A stretch of 64,000 bases of DNA, taken from positions 544,001 to 608,000 of the forward strand of contig CAWEQH010000004.1 of assembly GCA_963811165.1 (NCBI GenBank), given 5' to 3'. This DNA comes from an uncultured Nitrospiraceae bacterium. GTDB lineage: Bacteria > Nitrospirota > Thermodesulfovibrionia > Thermodesulfovibrionales > UBA6898. Positions 20,616 through 30,206 of the stretch are shown in pieces. Each line of letters starts with the position of its first letter. Within the stretch, counting starts at the first letter, position 1. The position numbers were made by a program, and so were the translations under genes. The notes under the pieces are model-generated. The model saw nothing but the letters and a program-made list of their open reading frames with translations, did no database searches and was not told where the DNA came from.

Positions 20616-21914
20616 ATGGCAATGACATTGGCGGAGAAGGTATTTAAATCGCACTTGAGGGACGAGCCCTTCCCGGGCACTAAGGTGCTCGGCATAGATG
20701 TGGTGATGTGCCACGAGATAACCACGCCCATCGCGATAAACGATCTCGTGGCCAGGGGCAAGGACAGGGTCTTCGATCCCGCAAAGATCAAAGTCGTGAT
20801 CGACCACGTTACCCCCGCAAAGGACACAAAAACAGCGACGCAGGGAAAGATCCTGAGGGACTGGGCCAGGAGGCAGGGTATCAGGGATTTCTTTGATATA
20901 GGCAGAAACGGCGTCTGTCATGCCATATTCCCCGAGCACGGCTTCATCAGACCGGGCAATACGGTAATTATGGGCGACTCCCACACATGTACGCACGGCG
21001 CCTTCGGCGCATTCGCCGCAGGCGTCGGCACCACGGACCTCGAGGTCGGCATACTTAAGGGAGTATGTGCATTCAGGGAGCCAAGGACGATCCGTATAAA
21101 TGTAAACGGCAAGATGCCTGAGGGCGTTTATGCAAAAGACGTTATCCTTAGGGTGATCAGGGAACTTACGGTAAAAGGGGCCACGGACTGCGTCATTGAG
21201 TTCCGCGGCGAGGTTGTGGATGGCATGTCGATGGAGTCCAGGATGACCCTTTGCAATATGGCGATAGAGGCGGGTGGAACGTCCGGTATTTGCATGCCCG
21301 ATGAGGTGACCGTCGAGTATCTCTGGCCCTTTATCTCCTCCGAATACGGCGACAAGAAGTCGGCGCTTGAGGATTTCAAAAAGTGGCGGTCGGATGAAGG
21401 CTGCGACTATGTAAGGATCGTTACTATCGACGTTTCCGATCTTGAGCCGCAGGTTACCTATGGGTATAAACCGGACGAAGTGAAGAACGTCTCTGAGATG
21501 GAAGGGACACCGGTTGACCAGGTGTATATAGGCTCGTGCACCAACGGAAGGATAGAGGACCTGCGCGTTGCCGCAGGCTATCTGAAAGGAAGGACGGTCT
21601 CACCGACTGTTCGGGGCATAATCTCGCCTGCCACGCCTAAGGTATTCCGGCAGGCGGATGAGGAAGGACTTATCAAGATATTCATGGATGCCGGGTTCTG
21701 TGTAACGAACCCCACTTGCGGCGCATGCCTGGGGATGTCAAACGGCGTGCTGGCGCCGGGTGAGGTATGCGCATCGACTACGAACCGCAACTTTAACGGC
21801 AGGATGGGAAAGGGCGGCATGGTGCATCTGATGAGTCCCGCGATGGCGGCGGTGACTGCGATCGAGGGCAAAATAGCAGACCCAAGGAAATACGGGAAGG
21901 GAGGTGCGAAGTGA
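20616..21914 (+). CDS. leuC: 3-isopropylmalate dehydratase large subunit (short, type-2 LeuC/HacA-like)
   Basis: DSHTCTHGA, IGSCTNGR, CGACLG, STTNRNF. Confidence 0.9.
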   Translation: MAMTLAEKVFKSHLRDEPFPGTKVLGIDVVMCHEITTPIAINDLVARGKDRVFDPAKIKVVIDHVTPAKDTKTATQGKILRDWARRQGIRDFFDIGRNGVCHAIFPEHGFIRPGNTVIMGDSHTCTHGAFGAFAAGVGTTDLEVGILKGVCAFREPRTIRINVNGKMPEGVYAKDVILRVIRELTVKGATDCVIEFRGEVVDGMSMESRMTLCNMAIEAGGTSGICMPDEVTVEYLWPFISSEYGDKKSALEDFKKWRSDEGCDYVRIVTIDVSDLEPQVTYGYKPDEVKNVSEMEGTPVDQVYIGSCTNGRIEDLRVAAGYLKGRTVSPTVRGIISPATPKVFRQADEEGLIKIFMDAGFCVTNPTCGACLGMSNGVLAPGEVCASTTNRNFNGRMGKGGMVHLMSPAMAAVTAIEGKIADPRKYGKGGAK

Positions 21915-22435
21915 AGAAATTTGGAGGCAAGACCCTTTTTCTCGACAGGTCCGATATCAATACGGACGAGATAATACCGGCCAAGTACCTTACAGAGATA
22001 TCGAAGGAGGCATTGAAGTCTCACATGCTCGAAGACCTTAAGCTCAACGGGTTCGATCCGCAGTCGCCCGGTCTTAAAGAGGCGAAGGTCATCGTGACGA
22101 GGGCGAACTTCGGATGCGGCTCTTCACGCGAACACGCCCCCTGGGTCTTTGAGGTTAACGATATAAATGTCGTTATCGCATCAAGTTTTGCCAGGATATT
22201 CAGACAGAATATGTTCAACTGCGGCATGCTTGCGATAGAGCTTCCGGAGGATGTCGTCGATAGCCTCTTTAAACACAAAGGCGGCGAGGCAAAGGTGAGT
22301 ATCGATTTTAATAATGATTCGCTTGAGATAGAATCCGGAAGGGGTAAAGAGACCTTTAGTTATCAGATATCGGGGTTCGACAAGGCGCTTGTCGAGGCCG
22401 GCGGCTGGGTAGAGTTTGCGGATTCGAGATATTAA
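21911..22435 (+). CDS. leuD: 3-isopropylmalate dehydratase small subunit
   Basis: INTDEIIPAKYL, NFGCGSSREHAPW, SFARIF. Confidence 0.92.
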   Translation: MKKFGGKTLFLDRSDINTDEIIPAKYLTEISKEALKSHMLEDLKLNGFDPQSPGLKEAKVIVTRANFGCGSSREHAPWVFEVNDINVVIASSFARIFRQNMFNCGMLAIELPEDVVDSLFKHKGGEAKVSIDFNNDSLEIESGRGKETFSYQISGFDKALVEAGGWVEFADSRY

Positions 22436-22594
22436 GGTGAAGGAGGCCGATATGATATTTTCGCTCATTCTCGTCCGCCGCTGCGGACCCCGAGGGCTAT
22501 TGTCCCGATTTTTGATCGTGACAATAGAAGCCGCTCAAATACCATATCGGACTCCTTTTGTTAATAATTTTCCCTCGTATTGTGAGGAGGTCAT

Positions 22595-23056
22595 ATGACA
22601 ACGGAAGAAAAATTGAAGTCCCTTGGAATTGAATTGCCTGCCGCCCCCAAGCCCTTGGGTGCGTATGTGCCTTTTGTGAAAACGGATAGCCTCGTGTATC
22701 TGAGCGGGATGCTTCCTCTAAAGGACGGGAAACTCACAAAGACGGGAAGGGTAGGGGAATCTGTTACGCCTGAGGAGGCGGCCGAGGCCGCTAAGACAGC
22801 CGCGATAAACGCCCTTGCAGTCTTAAAATTAGCTGTCGGCAGTCTCGATAAGGTAAAGAGATGTGTCAGGATCGAGGGGTTTGTCTCATCCGCTCAGGAT
22901 TTTACTGATCAGCCGAAGGTCTTAAACGGGGCCTCGAATTTTATCTTCGAGGTCCTGGGCGACGCCGGCCTTCATACAAGGACGGCCATTGGCGTAAATA
23001 TCCTGCCGTTAAATTCGCCTGTTGAGATCTCCTTTATCTTTGAGGTAAAAGAATAA
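22595..23056 (+). CDS. RidA/YjgF family protein
   Basis: LGIELPAAPKPLGAYVP, LSGMLP, NGAS, HTRTAIGV..LP. Confidence 0.88.
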   Translation: MTTEEKLKSLGIELPAAPKPLGAYVPFVKTDSLVYLSGMLPLKDGKLTKTGRVGESVTPEEAAEAAKTAAINALAVLKLAVGSLDKVKRCVRIEGFVSSAQDFTDQPKVLNGASNFIFEVLGDAGLHTRTAIGVNILPLNSPVEISFIFEVKE

Positions 23057-23069
23057 CTTTTAGTGTTGT

Positions 23070-23783
23070 ATGAGCCAAAATCATCATCAAAGCCCTGACG
23101 GGCAAGCCGGCAATGCAGGCGGCATATACTCCTTTATGGATAAGGTGGCAAAGGAGGCGGAGGAGTATGCATCGGAGCATACCACGCCCCTTTCGCCGCT
23201 TCTTGAGGAGATCGAAAACTTTACCCTAAAAGATACGCCTTACCCCAGCATGCTCACCGGCCGGGTCGAAGGCCGGTTCCTTCGGTTAGTGGCACAACTG
23301 TCAGGCGCGAGGCGGATCGTCGATATCGGTACCTTCACCGGCTACTCGGCCCTTGCCATGGCAGAGGTCCTGCCTGATAGCGGCAAGATAGTGACGATCG
23401 AAAATAACCCCGATCATGCGAAGACCGCTCAGGGTTTTTTCGACCGGAGTCCAAGCGGCTTTAAGATCACCCTTCGCAAGGGTAATGCCCTCGAAATACT
23501 TAAGACCCTCCCGGATGCAAAGACCGACCTGGTCTTTATCGATGCCGACAAACAAAACTATGGCGCCTATTACAGGGAGTCGATGCGGATATTACGAAAT
23601 GGCGGATTGATACTTGCCGACAATGCCCTTTGGTACGGCAGGATCTTCAACCCAAAGGACGACGAAAGTCGCGCGATGGCGGACTTTAACGAATTGGTGA
23701 AGGCAGACGACCGGGCCGAGAAGTTGTTTCTCACCATCCGGGACGGGATTTACGTAATAAGAAAACGTGTGAGCGGCGAATAA
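23070..23783 (+). CDS. Class I SAM-dependent O-methyltransferase (caffeoyl-CoA OMT-like)
   Basis: DIGTFTGYSAL, VFIDADK, ADNALW, IRDG; true start may be the downstream Met at 23136. Confidence 0.9.
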   Translation: MSQNHHQSPDGQAGNAGGIYSFMDKVAKEAEEYASEHTTPLSPLLEEIENFTLKDTPYPSMLTGRVEGRFLRLVAQLSGARRIVDIGTFTGYSALAMAEVLPDSGKIVTIENNPDHAKTAQGFFDRSPSGFKITLRKGNALEILKTLPDAKTDLVFIDADKQNYGAYYRESMRILRNGGLILADNALWYGRIFNPKDDESRAMADFNELVKADDRAEKLFLTIRDGIYVIRKRVSGE

Positions 23784-23836
23784 AGCCGGAACCGGCCCGG
23801 TTAGGTTATGCCTCTTTGCTTTGCTATAATTTTCCT

Positions 23837-24670
23837 ATGGGCATCCCTAAAAGAAGGCTTGGCAAAACAGGTATCGACGTTTCAATTCTTGCCCTTGGGG
23901 GCGAAGGCATACTAAGGACTACCGGATACGACAGGGAGGCGTACGACCTGATCAACAAGGCAATTGACGTGGGCATAACCTACCTCGAATCTGCCCGGGC
24001 GTATTCAGGAAGCGAGTCGTATTATGGTAGGGCGCTAAGGGAGAGAAGAAAAGAGATCTTCCTTGCAAGCAAGTCACACGCAAGGGACAAAAAAGGGGCC
24101 TTTCAACACCTCCGGGAGACTCTTAAGAACATGAAGACCGACTATATGGACCTCTGGCAAGTCCACGATATGAGGACTAAAGAGGACGTGGATGAGATTC
24201 TTGCTCCCGAGGGGGCACTGGAGGCGTTTCAGGAGGCTAAGGAACAAGGCCTTGTGAGGCTTCTGGGTGTCACGGGCCACCACGACCCGGGTATTCTCCT
24301 CAGATGCATCGAGAGGTTTCAATTCGATACCGTACTTATGCCGGTGAATCCGGCGGAGCCCGCGTATAAGAGTTTCATAGCCGAAGTGATACCGGTTGCC
24401 AAAGAAAAGGGAATGGGTATCATCGGCATGAAGGTTTATTTCAGGGGCCTTGCAGCGAGGCTGCCTGGAGTCACGTCCCTTGAGCCTTTCTACCGGTACG
24501 CCCTTTCACAACAAATTACCACCGCGGTCATCGGCTGCGATGATATCAGGCAGCTAAATGAAAATGTAAGATTTGCCTCATCCTTCAAAGCCATGTCCGG
24601 CATGGAACAAAGAGAGCTGGTGGATTCCGTCTCCCCCATCGCCAGGCAGCTCATGTATTACAAGCCTTAG
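23837..24670 (+). CDS. Aldo/keto reductase
   Basis: IPKRRLGKTG, ESARAYSGSE, LASK, DLWQVH, GVTGH, IIGMK. Confidence 0.9.
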   Translation: MGIPKRRLGKTGIDVSILALGGEGILRTTGYDREAYDLINKAIDVGITYLESARAYSGSESYYGRALRERRKEIFLASKSHARDKKGAFQHLRETLKNMKTDYMDLWQVHDMRTKEDVDEILAPEGALEAFQEAKEQGLVRLLGVTGHHDPGILLRCIERFQFDTVLMPVNPAEPAYKSFIAEVIPVAKEKGMGIIGMKVYFRGLAARLPGVTSLEPFYRYALSQQITTAVIGCDDIRQLNENVRFASSFKAMSGMEQRELVDSVSPIARQLMYYKP

Positions 24671-24962
24671 GAAGGGTATGTGTTTCAGCCGTTATGTGGA
24701 GCTACACATAACAGCCACAAAGAAACATACCAGTGACCAAGGATGATTTAACAATTACGAGACGTAAGGTTTACAGTGTTTACCCCGCTCCATGTGCCGC
24801 TCGACATTGACCTGTTATTTCTCATTAAAAGTTGCCTTCCCCTTCTTTCTCCCAAAAAGTCTTTCGAGTATCTCGTTACAATCCCTCCTTTGATAAAGGA
24901 AGATTGCAAGAGATTATATATATATTATCCTTTCATATCCAATCGTGATTATAATAATCAAT

Positions 24963-26171
24963 ATGTTGGACAGGGCACTGATTATTTTCGTTCTCACTTA
25001 TGTTGTGATCGCTGTTGGGCGGCCGCCGATTTTCAGGATTGACCGGACAGGCGCAGCCCTTATCGGCGCGTCGCTCATGATTGTCCTGAATGTAGTGGAT
25101 ATCGAAACAGCTTACAGGGCTATTGATTATAAGACGATAGCTGTCCTCTTTGGCATAATGATAGTTGTAGCCAATCTCAGACTTTCAGGCTTTTATCATC
25201 TGATTTCAGCCGTTGTCATCAATCGCATAAGGAGCAGGTCGATGCTGCTGTACGCATTGATTATGACATCCGGCATCCTCTCTGCCCTTCTTATCAACGA
25301 CACTGTTTGCCTAGTTTTCACGCCTCTTGTGGTGGGGCTGACTGATCGCCTGAAACTAAATCCTCTGCCGTATTTACTGGCCCTCTGCATGGCATCTAAT
25401 ATCGGGAGCGTTGCTACAATTACAGGAAATCCACAAAACATTATGATAGGGAGTTTTTCTGAAATTCCATACGCCCGGTTCACCTTTAAAATGTTTCCGA
25501 TCGCATTGGCTGGTCTCATTCTCTGTGCCGTCATGATTAGAGCTATTTATGCCAAACATTTTGACGGCGGGCCACTCATATCTTCTCCTGCTAAGCCCAA
25601 GATTCATAAGGCCCTCTTGATCAAGTCCTTGTCCGTATCAGTCGTAATGATGATGCTCTTTTTCCTGGGCATTTCGTTACCAGTTGTTTCCATTGCGGCA
25701 GCATCATTTTTGTTGATCACGCGAAGGTTAAATCCTCAGAAAATCTATAACTCGATTGATTGGAAACTGCTCATTCTTTTTATCGGCCTCTTCATAATCG
25801 TGGCAGGCGTCGAGCATTCTGGTTTTGCGGAAGGGGTACTGAAAGCTATCGGCGGCGAGACCGCTGATCATCCATTGTTCCTTGTGACTTCCAGTGCGCT
25901 GCTCTCCAATTTTGTAAGCAACGTCCCTGCAGTGATGTTGTTCAAACCTTTAATGGCTGCAATGCCTAACCGGGAAAACGCGTGGCTTTTACTTTCGATG
26001 AGCAGCACTCTTGCCGGCAATCTGACGATTCTGGGTTCTATTGCAAATCTTATAGTTATAGAAGGGGCAAGATCGAGAATTAAAATAAGCTTCCTTGAAT
26101 ACATGAAAGTCGGTGTGCCGTTGACGATCCTGTCTTTGTGCTTCGGAACCTTCTGGCTGAGCATAATTTGA
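24963..26171 (+). CDS. Anion transporter, ArsB/NhaD (YbiR-like) family
   Basis: DRTGAALIGA, SALLINDT, SNIGSVATITGNPQN, SNVPAV, GSIANLIV. Confidence 0.88.
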   Translation: MLDRALIIFVLTYVVIAVGRPPIFRIDRTGAALIGASLMIVLNVVDIETAYRAIDYKTIAVLFGIMIVVANLRLSGFYHLISAVVINRIRSRSMLLYALIMTSGILSALLINDTVCLVFTPLVVGLTDRLKLNPLPYLLALCMASNIGSVATITGNPQNIMIGSFSEIPYARFTFKMFPIALAGLILCAVMIRAIYAKHFDGGPLISSPAKPKIHKALLIKSLSVSVVMMMLFFLGISLPVVSIAAASFLLITRRLNPQKIYNSIDWKLLILFIGLFIIVAGVEHSGFAEGVLKAIGGETADHPLFLVTSSALLSNFVSNVPAVMLFKPLMAAMPNRENAWLLLSMSSTLAGNLTILGSIANLIVIEGARSRIKISFLEYMKVGVPLTILSLCFGTFWLSII

Positions 26172-26592
26172 CTATTTTGTTTCATTCTCTCGCGTCGATT
26201 TCGCATATTCGCCTTAACGGTTGGCCATCTTACGTCTCTATAAAGTCATGACTGTGAGGAGCTTATCATTTCAAAATGAAAGTTGGCATGCTATCGATGA
26301 GGCCGTGGGTGCGGCCTATAGGGAGTACACTTGAATCGTTGCTGTTCCTGAATTTTATTTGTTACGTTCGGTAAAGAACAGTTCTCGAAATCCGAAACGG
26401 TTGCGGTGTACAGTTAATGAGCGAAAAGGGCCGTCCCGTGGATCGTGGCATGTTTTGCATCGTACGTCAGACGAACATTTTGACGGCTGGACCGCAACTT
26501 GATAGTTGAGGTGGTTCGAAACTATTGCCGACTTCTGAAGGAAATGGGGCGTAAGCGATTGAGGCCCTTTAACTCTGCCCCTCTAAAATCCA

Positions 26593-27276
26593 CTATTTAG
26601 ATACCTTTAAGAATTCGAGGATAACAAAAGAGTAGACGGCAATGGTGAACGCACAGACTGCCCTGAAAAGCTGTATAGGAAGCCCCAGGATTGGTTCAAC
26701 AACAAGCCCTCCAAAAACGGCATAACACACAAACCCAATTCCAGTAACGATAAGCCTATTCGTCAGTCTGGGATGCCCTATGACTTTCATCGATTTGGCA
26801 AGGCTGAAAAAGGCGAGACCGCTTAATAGTGCACCAGAAAAACCAAAGCCACGTCGAGCAATAAGTCCAGCTGTCCTTATATGGGAGGTCTCAGCAACAA
26901 AAATATAGGCGATATAGGCGACAAAAAAAAGTGCAGGTAATGACCTGTAAATACCTTTTTTCTCGCTCTTGTATGTCAAAAGGTTGATCCCGAACTGCAA
27001 AAGAAGAACAAATGAAGTGATCAAGCATGACTGTGACAAGATGGTCAGTGCCTCGAATTCACCGGCACCGCTTGTCTTAAGAATAAAACTCACCCAATCT
27101 ATGAGTTCGGTGATTCCGTGGACAAGGCCAAAGCCGCCAAGCATATGGAACGTAGTAACAAAAATAATTGAAGATGCCTTCCTTGTTCCTTCGAAAACCA
27201 CGAAAGACATTAACAGGAAGCTTATGCCGTACAACAAGTCTATGTAAAACAGGGGCTCAGACAGAACCTGGTTCAT
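26593..27276 (-). CDS. Hypothetical multi-pass membrane protein resembling a stand-alone membrane sensor domain
   Basis: GGAG RBS before MNQVL; ~7 TM segments; LYGISF, GFGLVHGITE, GLPIQLFRA motifs. Confidence 0.7.
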   Translation of the reverse strand: MNQVLSEPLFYIDLLYGISFLLMSFVVFEGTRKASSIIFVTTFHMLGGFGLVHGITELIDWVSFILKTSGAGEFEALTILSQSCLITSFVLLLQFGINLLTYKSEKKGIYRSLPALFFVAYIAYIFVAETSHIRTAGLIARRGFGFSGALLSGLAFFSLAKSMKVIGHPRLTNRLIVTGIGFVCYAVFGGLVVEPILGLPIQLFRAVCAFTIAVYSFVILEFLKVSK

Positions 27277-27590
27277 CTGGTGCTCCTTCCAGTAAAGGGA
27301 AGACAAATGTTGATTAGATTGAACTGATGCTCTGCGATACGATCAAAAAGAGACTGCCCGGGAGTGCGAGGGAAACGGAAATCTTGTGTCAGGGGATTCT
27401 TGCGGTTGCCATTTGAAAATGGATGCACACGGTCGAGCACGACGCGGAAGATGACCATACACATGACAGGAATGAGAAAAAAACCAAATCGAATGGCCAT
27501 CCTAAAGATGTCATCAATGGAATCTGGCATACGCCATATCTTAACACAGGAGATTACTACAAGATATTGTATTACCATGGCTATTTCCAT
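27273..27590 (-). pseudogene. Possible truncated gene remnant (N-terminus reminiscent of NERD-domain membrane proteins)
   Basis: TM segment followed by RKNPLTQDFRFPRTPGQSLFDRI, then early stop. Confidence 0.3.
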
Positions 27591-27712
27591 TGGAAGGCAA
27601 CACTCCGAGTAAATGGGGAGAAGGTGTTAACTTCCGGAAGTAGGACCGCTCACTTCATCTTTCTACGGGAAATCAATGACGGTTGACAGTGCGATGTCTC
27701 GTGGATGGTCTG

Positions 27713-28348
27713 CTATTTTGCGAGGCCGGGAAGAAGTTGAGTCAGTCCGCCGGCGATGAATTCTACAGAGATCGAGGCCAGCAGTAATCCCATCAGGCGC
27801 GTTGCGATATTGATCCCGGTTTTGCCCAGCAGCTTGCCGATGGGGTTGGCCACATGAAGTGCGGCCCATGTGATGATGGCTACTATAAGTACGATAAGGA
27901 TAATCAGGGCAATATGTACCGGCTGATACGACGCGTGGGCATAAATAATTACTGTAGATATTGCACCGGGCCCCGCCAAAAGAGGGATCGCAATCGGCAC
28001 CACCGCGACGCTTTGTTTGTCTTCGGCTTCCCGGGCCTCCTCAGGGGTCTGCCTGGTCAGGGTGTATCCGGCCTGCATCATCGAGATCGCCATTAGCATT
28101 AAAAGGATGCCGCCGCCAACTTTAAAAGAGGGGATGCTGATACCGAAAAAATTCAATAGCGCCTCGCCCACTAAGGCGGCCGAAATCAATACTACGGCAA
28201 AAGCCAGGCTTGTGGTCCGGACGATCCGTCTGCGCTCCTCTTTGGTAAGGTTTCCGGTAAGGCTGACAAAGATTGGAATCGCTCCAAGCGGGTTTACTAT
28301 CGCAAGAAGCGCAGTAAATATCTTTATGTACCCTGTCAACTCAATCAT
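27713..28348 (-). CDS. MarC/YchE family membrane protein
   Basis: LLAIVNPLGAIPIF, FGISIPSFKVGGG, VPIAIPLLAGPGAI, TRLMGLLL. Confidence 0.92.
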   Translation of the reverse strand: MIELTGYIKIFTALLAIVNPLGAIPIFVSLTGNLTKEERRRIVRTTSLAFAVVLISAALVGEALLNFFGISIPSFKVGGGILLMLMAISMMQAGYTLTRQTPEEAREAEDKQSVAVVPIAIPLLAGPGAISTVIIYAHASYQPVHIALIILIVLIVAIITWAALHVANPIGKLLGKTGINIATRLMGLLLASISVEFIAGGLTQLLPGLAK

Positions 28349-28367
28349 CTTTCCCCCTTGCCCGGCG

Positions 28368-29255
28368 CTACTTCGTCTTACCCGACCGCGACGGCTTCTT
28401 TTGCCCCGTCTTTCCTTCGAGGTCGTCGACGAATTGCCTCGCTGCTCTGCCCGAAAAACTTCCATGGGCCATAGACCACTGCATTGCCTTTTCTCTTAAT
28501 TCCTGCTGCTGCAGTCCGATCTTTTTAAGGTGGGCATAGTTATCGATGATGGAGAGATAGGTCTCCATATCGAAATGCGGGAACCCGAACCTCAGGCCGA
28601 ACCTGTCGCTAAGCGAGAGCTTTTCTTCCAAGCTATCGGCTGGATGAAGTTCCCCATCCGTAAGTACCGGGAGGTTATCGGAGGTCTTCTCAGGCATGAG
28701 ATGGCGCCTGTTAGAGGTGGCGTATATGAGCATGTTCGCGGGCCGTGTCTCAAGCCCTCCCTCAAGGACGGTTTTTATCTGCCGGTAGGATTTTTCGTCT
28801 TCCTCGAAGGAAAGGTCGTCACAGTAAATGATGAACTTCTCCTTCCTTTTTTTTATCATTTCCGCGACTTCGAGGGTATGCACAAGCGTGTCTCTTTGCA
28901 TCTCGATCATCCTTAGTCCCCTGCCGGCGTATGCATTGAATACGGCCTTTACCGCAGAGGATTTCCCGGTCCCCCTTGGTCCGTAGAGTAATACGTTATT
29001 GCAGGGAAGGCCCCCGAGGAATTGTTCGGTATTGGCCTTTAGCCCTTGTATCACGGCGTCTATGCCCTTCAGTTCGCGAAATCTTACCGGATCAGGGTCT
29101 TTGATCCCCTTTAGAAGGAGTATATCCTGACGGGAATATGCTTGAAATGCCCTGAAGGCATCGAAGATGCCGGTGTCCTGAGAGGGCGACACGGCATCGG
29201 CAAGCCGCTTAAGCGTCTTATTCAGCAATCGTAATTCCTTTAGAAGTTCATTCAT
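28368..29255 (-). CDS. DUF815-family AAA+ ATPase
   Basis: NNVLLYGPRGTGKSS, CDDLSFE, LEGGLE, YATSNRRHL, EEKLSLSDRFGL. Confidence 0.92.
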   Translation of the reverse strand: MNELLKELRLLNKTLKRLADAVSPSQDTGIFDAFRAFQAYSRQDILLLKGIKDPDPVRFRELKGIDAVIQGLKANTEQFLGGLPCNNVLLYGPRGTGKSSAVKAVFNAYAGRGLRMIEMQRDTLVHTLEVAEMIKKRKEKFIIYCDDLSFEEDEKSYRQIKTVLEGGLETRPANMLIYATSNRRHLMPEKTSDNLPVLTDGELHPADSLEEKLSLSDRFGLRFGFPHFDMETYLSIIDNYAHLKKIGLQQQELREKAMQWSMAHGSFSGRAARQFVDDLEGKTGQKKPSRSGKTK

Positions 29256-29352
29256 GGCATAGCTCCGGGATCGACTCTCTCATACACGAAATCCAGTCGC
29301 ACCAATTATATCTCAAAAAAGATTTGTTGGCCAACAGGTAATGAGGTTTTTT

Positions 29353-29380
29353 GTAGGGGCAATTCGCAAATTGCCCCTAC
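29353..29380. repeat. GTAG-type REP palindrome
   Basis: GTAGGGGCAATT-cgca-AATTGCCCCTAC. Confidence 0.75.
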
Positions 29381-29399
29381 TATTGCGATGGATGTTTTC

Positions 29400-30002
29400 T
29401 TATTTCATCCCCGGGGCAAACATGCCTGCCGTGGGGTAAGAAATGAAGGAGCGGGAGATGCCGCCGATAACCAAGAAAATAATAATGGCTGCAACAATGA
29501 CTGCGACCGTATATCCGACCGATTTTTCCTGAGGTGACTTCATCAGGACGGGAAGACCCAGGTAAAGAAGATATAAGCCGTAGAGACCCAAGATGCTAAG
29601 GACACCCAATAAAGGGACAATCATAAAAATACCGCACAGCCAGCCCGGGGTATAGGAATATGCAGCCAATTTAAAGGCCTGGTTTATGTTCTTTTGGCCT
29701 GAGAAGGTGGGGGCCAAAGCATCAATTATTATTGCCAGGACGTATACGCCTGCCAAGGTCAGGACGTACTGCACTATGGCCGAGCTCACGGAGGTCATTA
29801 TCGGGACCCGGTATGAACCTACGAACGGCAGAGTTATGCCCACAATAGACATCCCTATGACTGATGCCGCCGGCCCGATGGCCGCAAGAATGATAATGTA
29901 GGACTTATACAGATCTGCAATGCTTGAAGTTTCCCCCGAAATAGTCTGCCATTCCTGATTAGGCCTGAGCAAAATGCCTTTGCAACGTTCAACCAGATCC
30001 AT
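29400..30002 (-). CDS. Yip1-domain membrane protein
   Basis: ILLRPNQEW, IIDALAPTF, AAYSYTPGW, LYGLYLLYLGLPVLMK. Confidence 0.88.
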   Translation of the reverse strand: MDLVERCKGILLRPNQEWQTISGETSSIADLYKSYIIILAAIGPAASVIGMSIVGITLPFVGSYRVPIMTSVSSAIVQYVLTLAGVYVLAIIIDALAPTFSGQKNINQAFKLAAYSYTPGWLCGIFMIVPLLGVLSILGLYGLYLLYLGLPVLMKSPQEKSVGYTVAVIVAAIIIFLVIGGISRSFISYPTAGMFAPGMK

Positions 30003-30206
30003 GCTTTCTTCCTCCTTTTTTAAGAACCGTTATGTGTTACGATAACACCAGGCAGCTTTATTCTACGGGAGGAAATCCCCGATGTAAAGGTAAAATCACA
30101 TTTTCTGACCGGGTATAAGCCCTGGTACCCAAGTCATGATTTTAAGAAAAAACTATTGATGATATAATACCGCGGTGTGAAAGAAAGGATCTGTTACGGG
30201 TGAGGA

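Noticed and set aside
24688..24716. GTTATGTG-N6-CACATAAC palindrome as an attC or cassette junction
   Set aside because: GTT and AAC are in the wrong order for an attC and there are no L boxes; more likely a simple 3' hairpin.
27626..27712. Possible degenerate attC between marC and the gene remnant
   Set aside because: Pairing too poor to support by eye.
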